The notes below the pieces were generated by a model, which searched no databases, was not told the DNA's origin, and saw only the letters and a list, made by a program, of their open reading frames with translations. DNA of 48,124 nucleotides from a virus (lineage: Duplodnaviria > Caudoviricetes). Positions 18,562-27,823 of this stretch are shown here, one piece after another. The first letter of the stretch is position 1, and every line of letters begins with the position of its first letter. A program made the position numbers and the translations under genes. The stretch covers positions 1 through 48,124 of the IMG/VR virus record IMGVR_UViG_3300014160_000003; one strand, written 5' to 3'.

Positions 18562-20900
18562 TCGTCGTCATTTCCCCCGGCCGCGAGCACCGCGCGCGCC
18601 GTGCACCGGCAACCCGGGTGCGAGTCGTCCACTGGCATAGGCGCGTCCTCGATCGGGTACGGGCCGCCGTCGGCCAGATCCTCGCACTCCTCGCAGACGC
18701 CCTCGTCCTCGGAGTTCAGCCACTCGATCTCTTGCACCAAGCCCGTGGCTTCCCATGCATCGAGATTGCCCTGCGTCTGCGCCCTGCTGGTCTCGGTCTG
18801 TGCAATGAGCGCGGCGCGGTCATCCGAGAAGCACCCCGCCTCCTGGATCTGCTCGATCAGATCCGGCATGGGCGTTTCGGCCTTAAACGCGTCGGTTACA
18901 ATACCCCGCAACTCGCTGCGCGTCGTATCGGAGATGGCCATCTCGGCGCGCGGGTTCGCGACCAGCTCGCCATCCTTCCACTTCATGCCGACTATCTCGG
19001 CCGCGCGCTTTTCTGCCCAGTCCGCGGCGGTCTGGTTGACCGGATTGATCATGTCAGCGTCGCTGACATCGAAGTCGGCGAAACCCTTAGCGGCGCCGGC
19101 CTGGGCGGCGGTCTCCAGCGCTTGGCGCGCGTCCGGAGGCAGCCCGGCAGACTCGGCGTCGATGGCTTTCAGGAGCGCCTTCAGAAGCGCTTCCTGGCCG
19201 ATGGACGCCTTGGCCAGCTTCTCGGCGGGGGTGTATGCAACCAGCACCTTCACTGCGGCCGCGCGCTGCGCAGCGAACAGGTTCTTTAGCGCCTTCTTCA
19301 GATCCTTCTTTGCCGGGCGGCTGTCGCGCAGAAGCTTCCACGGCTGGATGGTTGGCGGCAGCAGTTTCGCGGCCTTCAGTAACGGAACCGGCGCCGGCGC
19401 CAGAAGTTTCAGCGCCTGGCGGCCATTCACCGGGCGGCGGCGGGCGAGGAGCTTGCGGAGCTTCTCCGTCTGCTCTTCGTCCGTCAAGCTGCTCGCATCG
19501 CCGTTTGCAGCGGGGGCGGCCGGCGGCGCCTTGCCGATGTCGGACAGCAGAATCGGCCCTTGTGCGGTCATCACAAACGGCGGAACGCCGAACGGCTCCT
19601 CGCCGTCGCGCTCGCGGACCTCGTCGATCCCGCGCCGGCCGATCTTGATCTCGTTGCAGTCGATGTCGCTCTGGACTTTGCGGTCCGTGTCTGCGCTCGG
19701 GTTGCAGATGCAGGTTACGCCGTCGATCCCCATGTGGTAGCGCGCGATAAAAGTGAGCTCGTCGGAGATCCAGTTCAGCAGCGGCAGCAGCCCTTCCTCC
19801 ATCGCGGAGTCGGCAAGTTGGTTGCTCGTCGCGCGGTTCATCATGTGGACGAACGGCGTGGGCGGAACCGAGAAGGCGTAGCAGACCACGCGCGCCAACC
19901 ACTCGTCCAGCTTGTCGGAGAGCACGCGGTCCTTGGTCTCGTGGATGTCGCGCGCGCTGGGGAACATGCGCACTGTGCGCCGCAGTTCCTGCTGGCCGAC
20001 CATAGTGTCCAGCCATTCCTGGAATTCCTTAATCTGCGCCGGCGTCCAGCCCTCCGGTGCGCTAACGATCATCTCGGGCACGTTGCCGTCTGTGTAGTAC
20101 TGAAGCTGCGAGAGCTGGCGGTGGATTGCCAGGTTGATCGTCATGAGAATCTGCTCGACTGGCGAATAGCCGTAGAACATGTGCACGCGAGGGTTGCGCG
20201 GCGAATAGACGAGCTGGTCCGTGGTCAGGTCCAGCGCCGGCATGCCCTTAATAATTTGCTGGTACGCGGGGTCCGGAGGCTGCGGTCGCCAGCCCTCGGT
20301 CGTGTGGAGCGGCTTGATGGTCGCCCCGTCGATGAGATTCAGCGAGACGACGTTCTTCGATCCCTTGTCGTGCACCGGCCAGATCGACAGCGCATCGATC
20401 ACAAAGACCTCTTCGAGCGCCATCCGAATCCAGTCGGCGAACTTGTGTTCCCGATCCGGACGCCTAAAGAACTCATTGAGGTAGCGCACGCGCGGGTCGG
20501 TCGCGACGCGTTCGTTGTACTTGTGCGTCTTCTCGCCTGGCTCCCGGTCTATCTGCCAGACCCATGGCATCTTGGCGATCTGGTCCTTACGCGTCTCGAT
20601 CACCAGGCGCAGGAGGTCGCAGTTGTCCGCGAACGCGCGGAGTTGGTGAAACGCGGCGCGGCCTGGCTGCTCGTCGCGCGGCTCGACCCAAAGGTTCGAG
20701 CCGAAGGGGTAATCGAACGCGCGCGGCAGCGTGTCGGCAGGCGCGACCGGCTTGAGCGGCTGGCCAGGACCGAACCACGCGCCGGGCGTGATGCTGGAGA
20801 TTACATCGAGCGCGCGGCTGCCCATTGAGATCAGTGCGGGCGACAGCGGCGTTTCGATGCCGCCTCCCGGCAGCCGGAGTTTACGAAGAAAATCGAACAT
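18558..20900 (-). CDS. Portal protein fused to MuF-like head morphogenesis domain
   Basis: Portal motifs (IDGATIKP, YGYSPVEQ, YYTDGNVP) then RAALIAQTE...C..C...HPGCRC. Confidence 0.85.
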   Translation of the reverse strand: MFDFLRKLRLPGGGIETPLSPALISMGSRALDVISSITPGAWFGPGQPLKPVAPADTLPRAFDYPFGSNLWVEPRDEQPGRAAFHQLRAFADNCDLLRLVIETRKDQIAKMPWVWQIDREPGEKTHKYNERVATDPRVRYLNEFFRRPDREHKFADWIRMALEEVFVIDALSIWPVHDKGSKNVVSLNLIDGATIKPLHTTEGWRPQPPDPAYQQIIKGMPALDLTTDQLVYSPRNPRVHMFYGYSPVEQILMTINLAIHRQLSQLQYYTDGNVPEMIVSAPEGWTPAQIKEFQEWLDTMVGQQELRRTVRMFPSARDIHETKDRVLSDKLDEWLARVVCYAFSVPPTPFVHMMNRATSNQLADSAMEEGLLPLLNWISDELTFIARYHMGIDGVTCICNPSADTDRKVQSDIDCNEIKIGRRGIDEVRERDGEEPFGVPPFVMTAQGPILLSDIGKAPPAAPAANGDASSLTDEEQTEKLRKLLARRRPVNGRQALKLLAPAPVPLLKAAKLLPPTIQPWKLLRDSRPAKKDLKKALKNLFAAQRAAAVKVLVAYTPAEKLAKASIGQEALLKALLKAIDAESAGLPPDARQALETAAQAGAAKGFADFDVSDADMINPVNQTAADWAEKRAAEIVGMKWKDGELVANPRAEMAISDTTRSELRGIVTDAFKAETPMPDLIEQIQEAGCFSDDRAALIAQTETSRAQTQGNLDAWEATGLVQEIEWLNSEDEGVCEECEDLADGGPYPIEDAPMPVDDSHPGCRCTARAVLAAGGNDDE

Positions 20901-20921
20901 TCGTTTATCGCTTTGCAGCGG

Positions 20922-21371
20922 CTACGGAACCAACTCGCCGTTTCGGAGGAAACCATGCCAGTTCGGGAGTGCAATACTGCCTGCGCCGGCGATACAGGTC
21001 AGGCCAGCCTTGTCGACCGTGATCGTCGGCGGTACCCCATGGCGAATCCAGCAGCGATGCACCTTGTCGCCGGGCAGAGCGCAATTGCTCGCGCGAGAAT
21101 CGATATCCCAGTCGCGCGTTTGCTCTGGCCCATTTGGGCAGCGGACGATCAAATGAGGCTCCGCCTTGTTATCCCAATCCCAATTAAGCGGCTGCCACAC
21201 GGCGAACCACATGGCGCCCACGCCGAAGTCGCGGTTGCGCTCGCGTTTCTCGCCGGTGTCTTTCCGTTGCCAGCCGACGATGGCGCGGTTTGGCGGCCAA
21301 TGGCGACTACCAATGTCCTCAGGCAGCGGATTGCCGAAGATCGGCTCGATAAGGAAACAGCGAATGCCCAC
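20922..21371 (-). CDS. Hypothetical protein (DUF6527-like C-terminus)
   Basis: HLIVRCPNG...WDID...C...SI...WHGFLRNGEL. Confidence 0.6.
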   Translation of the reverse strand: MGIRCFLIEPIFGNPLPEDIGSRHWPPNRAIVGWQRKDTGEKRERNRDFGVGAMWFAVWQPLNWDWDNKAEPHLIVRCPNGPEQTRDWDIDSRASNCALPGDKVHRCWIRHGVPPTITVDKAGLTCIAGAGSIALPNWHGFLRNGELVP

Positions 21372-21378
21372 AGATCCT

Positions 21379-21570
21379 TTATTTCTTTGCCGACGCGGCC
21401 GCTGTGAGCAGACTGACAACCATCGAGAACGCGCCCGCGAAACACCAGGCGCTCGCCGGCGACACCAGCGCGAGGCCGTGAGTGACAGTGGCCGCGCCGC
21501 CAAAGAAGAGAATGATCGTCAGAATCGATACGAACGGATTGGACTTTTTAGCTTGCTGCATGGGTTTCAA
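21379..21570 (-). CDS. Small two-TM membrane protein
   Basis: Two hydrophobic segments in 63 aa. Confidence 0.6.
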   Translation of the reverse strand: MKPMQQAKKSNPFVSILTIILFFGGAATVTHGLALVSPASAWCFAGAFSMVVSLLTAAASAKK

Positions 21571-21821
21571 CGTTCATCGACTACCGGGCACTCCACGGTG
21601 ATCTTCACCGGCTGCAGCTTGCGGTGGAATGTCAGCACGGTAAGCCACAGGTGGCCGCCGAACAGAACGCCGATGCGTTCGCGCCACGTCAGGCGCCAGC
21701 GTGTGATCACCGTTCCGTCCTCCAGCCGCCAGGATGGCAGCGGATTGTACTGTGGCTGGTTGGCTGCGTATGCCGTCGTCGGCAAGTCAACGCCGCGTTG
21801 TTTCGGAATAACTGGTGTCAT
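21567..21821 (-). CDS. Conserved phage hypothetical protein
   Basis: YAANQPQYNPLP...RWRLTWRER...LQP pattern; coupled start/stop overlaps. Confidence 0.7.
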   Translation of the reverse strand: MTPVIPKQRGVDLPTTAYAANQPQYNPLPSWRLEDGTVITRWRLTWRERIGVLFGGHLWLTVLTFHRKLQPVKITVECPVVDER

Positions 21822-21947
21822 GCTTCGATCTCAAACTTCTGCGCGCAGGCCTTGCAGTAATCCTTGTTGTGCGAAATGGTGCGTCCGCAGCCTCCCTGGC
21901 AGAGATACCCGCCGCGCGCTCTTCCTGGGACATCACCAGCCGGATGA

Positions 21948-22361
21948 TCATGCGTACGCGCCCAATTGCGAGAGCGTCGACCCAAGCTGCCAGCACCTCG
22001 GTCCGTAATTCTCCATGCAAAACCGCACGGTCGACTCCCAGGATCGATCCACATCGAGACGCTGGCGTTGGATCAGCGTGGCTTTCCTGATCTGGCAGCG
22101 GCGGCAGCGCCCGCAGTTGCAGACCATCCGGGCTGGCCGCCGAGGAACTGCGCTGCACAGGATCAACTCGGAAGCGATGATCCGCACCCCGAAGCAGAGT
22201 AGTGCCAGCGCGATGATGTCCGTTCTGGTGATGCTCTCTATTAGCGGGCGCCGGCCGCTCGCGGGCTTCGCAAACCGGACTTCGCGGCAGCCGCGCGCCC
22301 GCATCTCCCGTGCGCGGGCCTCGGATTTGGCACTCCAGATTTTCCGCTTGTACTCAGCCAC
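21948..22361 (-). CDS. Hypothetical Cys-rich protein
   Basis: GTG directly after terminase stop; CNCGRCRRC motif. Confidence 0.5.
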   Translation of the reverse strand: MAEYKRKIWSAKSEARAREMRARGCREVRFAKPASGRRPLIESITRTDIIALALLCFGVRIIASELILCSAVPRRPARMVCNCGRCRRCQIRKATLIQRQRLDVDRSWESTVRFCMENYGPRCWQLGSTLSQLGAYA

Positions 22362-22362
22362 G

Positions 22363-23787
22363 CTATTCCCCGCCGCGCTTCCGTTTCTCGTCGGTTTCCC
22401 TCTCCGCGCGCTTCCGGTCTTCCACGGCCTGCGCTTCCTGCCGGTAGTACTCGAAGATGCCCTGGTTCGGCATCGCCTGGAAAAGCTCCGTGGATGCCCA
22501 GACGAGCCAGTCCACCCGATCGGGAGAGCCGTTAAGCCCGTAACCCGAAGGCGTGAGCGCGCACATCTGCTCTTCGAGTTCCGCGAACGACCCCACGTGA
22601 TGGAACCGGCCCTGCTCGTAGAGTGCAGATGTCGGCTCCGCGCGCACGGCCTTGCCGCGCGACGCGCTCACCTGGATCACCCGGACATTCGGGTCGACCG
22701 TGTGCAGCGTGCTCTCGACCATCGCGCCGCCGTAGTTCGTCTCCGCGACGATCGCGTCGGCTTCCCACTTGTGGTAGAGCGCTATGGCCCGAGCGGCCCA
22801 GCCCAGCGGCTTCAGCCGGCACGAGGCGTCCTCCAGCACATAGCCGTGGCCGTCCACGCCCTTGCCCGCCGCGCCGATCCCGATCTCGTCGCCCGCGTCC
22901 GACATGCTGCCGGCGGGATCGATCGCCACGACGATGCGCTGCATTTCCGGAGGCTTCGCCGGCGGGAGGATGCGGAGCTGGTCCAGCCTGGTCAGCGTCC
23001 AGAGCGCGCCAGGTACGTCGGTCAGGACCTCGGCCAGTAGTTCCTGGCGGCCGAGGCGCGTGCCCTCGTACTTCGTGATGATCTCCGTAAAGAACGACGG
23101 CGCCAGGTTTGCCCGATTTTCGTACGTCGTTCCCCGCGTTATTTTCGTTCGCGGGTCGCGAATCAACTCCAGCGTGAGCGGCACCGGCTTCGGCGTGGTC
23201 GTAATCACCACGCGCGGGTCCTCGCCGAGCCGCAGGCCGAGCATAAACATGGCCCACGTCTCCGGCCGCTTCCACGCGCAGATCTCGTCGCACCATCCAA
23301 AGTGGTGCTGCGGGCCCCGCAGCCGGTTCGGCTCCTCGGCAGAGTAGCCGCGGATGATGGCGCCGTTCGGCAGTATAAGCTTGTGCCGGGTCGAGTTGTA
23401 GCCCTTCCGGCAGAACGCCGGAAGCGACGCCAGGATTCCCGACTCGCCTTCGAAACATACAGATTGAACGTCGTCCGACGTCGGAGCTATAACCGCGATG
23501 CGCTCGCCCGGATGCGAAATGCCATAGTCGACAACTTCCTCCGCACCCACCCGGGTCTTGCCGAATCCGCGACCGGCCAGTAGCAGCCATCGTGTCCAAT
23601 CACCCTCCGGCCGGATCTGGTTCGCCCGTGGAGGCCCCGGCCTCGCCGTGATCTCCGGGCAGCGTCTGCCCAGGTACCAATGCTCCCGGCTCTGGACCAG
23701 CTTTTCGCCCCCAGGCACGCAGCGCAGCAAGGTAGCCGGCAACGGCGGTGGTGGCGGCAGGGTCCTGCACTCTGATCGGCTCCCCAT
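22363..23787 (-). CDS. terL: Terminase large subunit (start uncertain)
   Basis: AGRGFGKT Walker A, WCDE Walker B, ITTTP, VAIDPA nuclease motif, SPDRVD. Confidence 0.95.
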   Translation of the reverse strand: MGSRSECRTLPPPPPLPATLLRCVPGGEKLVQSREHWYLGRRCPEITARPGPPRANQIRPEGDWTRWLLLAGRGFGKTRVGAEEVVDYGISHPGERIAVIAPTSDDVQSVCFEGESGILASLPAFCRKGYNSTRHKLILPNGAIIRGYSAEEPNRLRGPQHHFGWCDEICAWKRPETWAMFMLGLRLGEDPRVVITTTPKPVPLTLELIRDPRTKITRGTTYENRANLAPSFFTEIITKYEGTRLGRQELLAEVLTDVPGALWTLTRLDQLRILPPAKPPEMQRIVVAIDPAGSMSDAGDEIGIGAAGKGVDGHGYVLEDASCRLKPLGWAARAIALYHKWEADAIVAETNYGGAMVESTLHTVDPNVRVIQVSASRGKAVRAEPTSALYEQGRFHHVGSFAELEEQMCALTPSGYGLNGSPDRVDWLVWASTELFQAMPNQGIFEYYRQEAQAVEDRKRAERETDEKRKRGGE

Positions 23788-24454
23788 CCTTACCGGTCAA
23801 CTCGGCGGCGATCTTCTCGCGCCAGTCCGGGTGCTTGGCCCGGAGCGCGCCAAGCATCAGGCCATCCGAGTAGCGCAACTGATAGCCGACCACCTCGCCA
23901 TCGTGATAGACGGCCTCTACCACTCCGTCCCTGGCGCGCCGGACGGCTTCCGCCTCGAGCACGTCGGCCGCTTCGAGTTTTGCGCGCTGAAACGCCTTGG
24001 CGTAGACATTGTCTTCATCAAGCCAGCGATAGTGCAGCCGGCGGTCGATCTTGACCGCCTCCGCGGCTCCGACCACCTGGCCGGCGGTCGCGATGTAGGC
24101 TTCGAGGAACGCGGCCTTCTTCGAGACGCCGCGCTTGGCTTCGAATTTCCAGCGTGCCGGCGGCGCCGGCGGCGCGCTGTTGAGATACTGCCGGGCAAAC
24201 GAGCGAAATAGCGCCCGATTTTTGCCGCTCAGTGCGCTCTGCCGGAGTGCGACGATGCCCTTCAGCCGGCCGCGCTTGAGCGATTCCCGGATGGCCGCCG
24301 ACGACTTCTGGCGCGCGGCGAATTCGGCTTCCGTCAGGCCGAACCAGGCTGCGATCTCCGCGTCGGTCGACTGGAGCGCCGCCAGCTTCTCGAGCTCCGG
24401 CAGCGGGATCGGCGCGGCGGCCTTCGGTTTGGGCTTGGCTGAGGGCTTCCGCAT
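23600..24454 (-). CDS. terS: Terminase small subunit
   Basis: KAAFLEAY..., LEAEAVRRARDG, YSDGLM, ELTGKDGEPI motifs; extra N-terminal HTH; directly upstream of terL. Confidence 0.8.
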   Translation of the reverse strand: MRKPSAKPKPKAAAPIPLPELEKLAALQSTDAEIAAWFGLTEAEFAARQKSSAAIRESLKRGRLKGIVALRQSALSGKNRALFRSFARQYLNSAPPAPPARWKFEAKRGVSKKAAFLEAYIATAGQVVGAAEAVKIDRRLHYRWLDEDNVYAKAFQRAKLEAADVLEAEAVRRARDGVVEAVYHDGEVVGYQLRYSDGLMLGALRAKHPDWREKIAAELTGKDGEPIRVQDPAATTAVAGYLAALRAWGRKAGPEPGALVPGQTLPGDHGEAGASTGEPDPAGG

Positions 24455-24510
24455 GCACGTTAGCCTCCAGCCTGTGCGACGTCTATTTTAAATTGACGAG
24501 CACTTTTTGC

Positions 24511-24540
24511 TTGCAATCCGGGCGCACCGGAGTGATTAAT
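24511..24540 (+). promoter_or_regulatory. Probable sigma70 promoter of DUF3489 gene
   Basis: TTGCAA ... ATTAAT upstream of AAAGGAG RBS. Confidence 0.45.
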
Positions 24541-24637
24541 CGTCATGCACTAGCCACGCCGCCGGATCGCCCGCGCCCGCCCGGTCCAGGCGGGCTTGCC
24601 GGCGTGAAGTACCAAACTTTCAAAGGAGACGACCACC

Positions 24638-25288
24638 ATGTTTTTTACGATCGACGCAGACAATAACATCACCACTTACGACGCCCAGCCCGCAGCGGCC
24701 GAGGGCGACATTTCATTTGCCAGCCAGAAGGAATTCACAGCGGCCACCAAGGACTGGCCCAGCGCCCGCTTTGTAGCGGTCTGGAACACGCTGGCCGGCA
24801 CGCCTGGACCGTTCGCCAAGCTGAAGGAAGTCAAAAAGTTCATGGACCGCCAGACGGCCATCAACCGCATCTGGAACGTGATCCACATCCTCTCCGGAGA
24901 CCCGGCCAAGGACATGGAGGCGCTACAGGCACTGGCCGCTGCCAAAAAGGCCGCCAGGGACGGTTCGGAGGCCGCCGCAGCCACCAAGGTCCAACCAGAG
25001 AAGCCTGGCGCGCCCAAGGCCAAGAAAGGCGGCACGGAAGCCAAGCAAAAGAAGCCAGCCAAGCCAGCCGCAGACAAACCCGCGCAGAAGCCGGCGGAAG
25101 GCAGCAAGAAGGACGCAGTGATCGCTATGATGCGCCGCAAGGGCGGCGCGACGCTGTGCGAGATCATGGACGCGACCGGATGGCAATCCCACACGGTTCG
25201 CGGATTCGTCGCCGGCGCGCTGAAGAAGATGGGGCTGGTTGCCGAGTCCACCAAGAACGAGGCCGGCGAGCGCACTTACTCGCTGTAG
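24638..25288 (+). CDS. DUF3489 domain protein
   Basis: SKKDAVIAMMRRKGGATLCEIMDATGWQSHTVRGF...ERTYSL. Confidence 0.9.
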   Translation: MFFTIDADNNITTYDAQPAAAEGDISFASQKEFTAATKDWPSARFVAVWNTLAGTPGPFAKLKEVKKFMDRQTAINRIWNVIHILSGDPAKDMEALQALAAAKKAARDGSEAAAATKVQPEKPGAPKAKKGGTEAKQKKPAKPAADKPAQKPAEGSKKDAVIAMMRRKGGATLCEIMDATGWQSHTVRGFVAGALKKMGLVAESTKNEAGERTYSL

Positions 25289-25311
25289 GACGCCAGCCAC
25301 CGCTCCAGCCC

Positions 25312-25339
25312 AGCCGCCCGGAAACGGGCGGCTTTTTTT
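25312..25339 (+). terminator. Rho-independent terminator
   Basis: AGCCGCCCG-GAAA-CGGGCGGCT followed by T-run. Confidence 0.9.
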
Positions 25340-26150
25340 ATGCATTTGCATTCACTTTGCCCGCCCGTTTCTCTGTCAGGTCTGCGAACGTCCGGCCGTC
25401 GCCGGCCAGCACTGCGCGCTTCCCGCTAAATTCCTGCCAGCGCTTGATGACCACATCGCAGTATCTCGGGTCCAACTCCACCACGCGTGCCTGGCGGTCG
25501 TTCTTGTGACACGCGATGATCGTGGTGCCGGAGCCGCCGAATGGGTCCAGTACGGTCTCGCCCGGCTTGCTGCTGTTTTTCAGCGCGCGTTCGACGAGTT
25601 CTACCGGCTTCATGGTCGGATGCTCCAGGTTTGCCATAGGCCTCTTAATGGCCCAGACGTCGCCCTGGTCGCGGTCGCCGCACCAGAAGTGTTGCGCGCC
25701 CTCGCGCCAGCCATATAGGATCGGCTCATACATGCGCTGGTAGTCGGATCGGCCCAGCGTAAAGTGGTGCTTAGCCCAAATGACAAACGTTGACCAGTGG
25801 CCACCGGCGGCAGCGAACGCGGAGAACAGCGTGTGCAGCTCCGAACTCGACATGCAGACGTAGACCGCGCCCTTTGTGACCGTCAGGATGTTACTGCAGG
25901 CCGCCTCAAGGAACTCGCGGAACTTCTCGCCCAGGCTGTCGTTACCGATCTTCAGCTTCTTGGCCGTCTTGCCCTCGTACGCCACGTTGTACGGCGGATC
26001 GGTGAACGCCATCGCCGCCTCGCCGCCGTCCAGCACCTTCTGGACGCTCCCCAGATCCGTCGCGTCGCCGCAGAGCAGCCGGTGCTGCCCCTGGACCGGC
26101 GCGGTGAACGGCTTGTGGCACTTCGTGCACGTGTGCTTCTTCTCAGCCAC
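25338..26150 (-). CDS. DNA methyltransferase, beta class (DPPY, likely N6-adenine) with N-terminal CxxC
   Basis: HRLLCGD, FTDPPY, HPTMKP, LDPFGGSGTT, ELDPRYCDV; GTG start at MAEKKHTCTKC. Confidence 0.9.
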   Translation of the reverse strand: MAEKKHTCTKCHKPFTAPVQGQHRLLCGDATDLGSVQKVLDGGEAAMAFTDPPYNVAYEGKTAKKLKIGNDSLGEKFREFLEAACSNILTVTKGAVYVCMSSSELHTLFSAFAAAGGHWSTFVIWAKHHFTLGRSDYQRMYEPILYGWREGAQHFWCGDRDQGDVWAIKRPMANLEHPTMKPVELVERALKNSSKPGETVLDPFGGSGTTIIACHKNDRQARVVELDPRYCDVVIKRWQEFSGKRAVLAGDGRTFADLTEKRAGKVNANA

Positions 26151-27255
26151 GCGCTGCCCCCTTTCGGAGCTTCCGCGCGACCGTGGCAGCGTCGGACTTT
26201 GCGCCGCCCATATTGTGGAGCGGATTGCCCTTGGCGAAGCGATGCATGCCCTTCGGCGCCGGCGGAGCATCCGCGCTGGTGCCTCGGGCGGCCGCCACGG
26301 CTTCGAACGACTGTCCGGTCGCCTCGAGGACGGCTTTGGCTGTGCCCAGCGGGCCCATGCGCATGCGGCGCACGATGACGTCGCAGTAGCCCGGCGACAA
26401 TTTGATGCCGTAGCCGGAGCGCCCCAGGATCTGCGCGGCTGCCATCGTGGTGCCGCTTCCCATGAACGGATCATAGACCACATCACCCGGGTCGGAGAAG
26501 CCTTTGATGAAGAACTCGACCAGTGCGCGCGGAAAGGGAGCGGAGTGCGAACCTTGTGTGGACTCGGTCTTGGCATCGATCACATTCGAAGGCCTGGCCA
26601 AGCCTCCGAACCTGCCATCATTCCCCGACGCACCGGGTTTGCCGGCGGCCGGACCGCGAGCGCCACTGCCAAGCAGCCCGCTTCCGGATGTCGCCTTCGG
26701 ATTGTTCGGGCTGTAGCCGAAACAGTCCTCCGACTTGTGGCTCACCGCCTCCGGCCGGAATTTGATTTCCTGCTGGCGGCAAAAGTGAAACACCGGCTCC
26801 CAAGCGTTCTTAAAGCGATTTTGCCAGCCGCCCGGTACACCGTTGTCGGTCTTGCGCCAACAGAACTCGTCCACGAAGCGCCAGCCCCACTGGCGCTTGT
26901 GCGCCAGGACCAGGTCCTTGACGTAGAGGCTGCGCTCGCCTTCGCCCGCGTGCTCCTTGATGTTCAGAAAGTACGAGCCGTCCGGCGCCAGCACGGCTTG
27001 GATTGCCGCAGCCACCGCGCGGAACCACTCGACGTATTTCTCCTCCGGGATCGGCTTGAAGCCGCTCGAGGCGTCGTACTCCCGCTGGCTGGCATAGGGC
27101 GGGGAAGTGATCACTACGTTGGCTTTGGCTGCGCCAAACAGGCGCGCTGTGGCACCCGGGTCGCGCGAGTCGCCGCACAGTAGCCGGTGGCGGAACTGGA
27201 CCGGCCCCGTGGCCGATTTGCCACAATGCGCGCAGGTTACGGTCGCCTCAGACAT
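26143..27255 (-). CDS. DNA methyltransferase, beta class (SPPY, likely N4-cytosine) with N-terminal CxxC
   Basis: HRLLCGDS, ITSPPY, HSAPFP, YDPFMGSGTT. Confidence 0.9.
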   Translation of the reverse strand: MSEATVTCAHCGKSATGPVQFRHRLLCGDSRDPGATARLFGAAKANVVITSPPYASQREYDASSGFKPIPEEKYVEWFRAVAAAIQAVLAPDGSYFLNIKEHAGEGERSLYVKDLVLAHKRQWGWRFVDEFCWRKTDNGVPGGWQNRFKNAWEPVFHFCRQQEIKFRPEAVSHKSEDCFGYSPNNPKATSGSGLLGSGARGPAAGKPGASGNDGRFGGLARPSNVIDAKTESTQGSHSAPFPRALVEFFIKGFSDPGDVVYDPFMGSGTTMAAAQILGRSGYGIKLSPGYCDVIVRRMRMGPLGTAKAVLEATGQSFEAVAAARGTSADAPPAPKGMHRFAKGNPLHNMGGAKSDAATVARKLRKGAARG

Positions 27256-27823
27256 CGTTGTGGTGGTGGCAGCGCGGGCACTCCACGTATGCGCCCAGCA
27301 GCCAGAGATCGCCCAGCACGGTGACCGGCACCTCGGGAACCTCAGGGACGCTATCTTCGTCCGTGAGTCCCCCCCCCCCCTCGGAGAAGGCTTCTATCTC
27401 ATTCGGATCGAAGCCGGTCAGCCCCAGGTCGAAGTCCAGCGCTTTCAGATCCTCAAACTCAAGCGCCAGCACTGGAAGATCGAACTCCGCCTCCTGACTG
27501 GCCCGGTTGTCGGCGATGCGGTACGCCTTGGCCTGCGCCGGCGTGAGATCCAGTGCAACGTGGACCGGCACCTCGGGCAGACCCAGCTTCTGGGCGGCCA
27601 GCAGGCGCGTATGGCCCACAACAATGACGCCCTTCGCGTCGACCACAATCGGCTGGCGGAAGCCAAACTCCTGGATCGACGCCGCCACCTTGTCGATGGC
27701 CGACTGCGGGATCTTGCGCGGGTTGCGCGCGTACGGGATCGGCTTCGACGTGGGCCAGGCCTCACATTGCAGGCCGGGCGGAAGCGCCGGTTGCTGTGCT
27801 TGTGGCTGCGATTTCTTCTTCAT
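27248..27823 (-). CDS. ParB/sulfiredoxin N-terminal domain protein with C-terminal CxxC
   Basis: PYARNPR, SIQEFGFRQPIVVD, GHTRLLAA, YRIADNR; ends GDLWLLGAYVECPRCHHHNDV. Confidence 0.9.
   Translation of the reverse strand: MKKKSQPQAQQPALPPGLQCEAWPTSKPIPYARNPRKIPQSAIDKVAASIQEFGFRQPIVVDAKGVIVVGHTRLLAAQKLGLPEVPVHVALDLTPAQAKAYRIADNRASQEAEFDLPVLALEFEDLKALDFDLGLTGFDPNEIEAFSEGGGGLTDEDSVPEVPEVPVTVLGDLWLLGAYVECPRCHHHNDV
27369..27380 (-). repeat. G12 homopolymer in ParB-like gene
   Basis: Twelve consecutive C on the + strand. Confidence 0.95.

Noticed and set aside
8461-20828. Long plus-strand ORFs (e.g. 8461..9723, 16980..18467, 19560..20828)
   Set aside because: Antisense shadows of well-supported GC-rich structural genes
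27248-27823. ParB as a plasmid partition protein
   Set aside because: Only the N-terminal domain of the MTase-associated type; no HTH and no ParA
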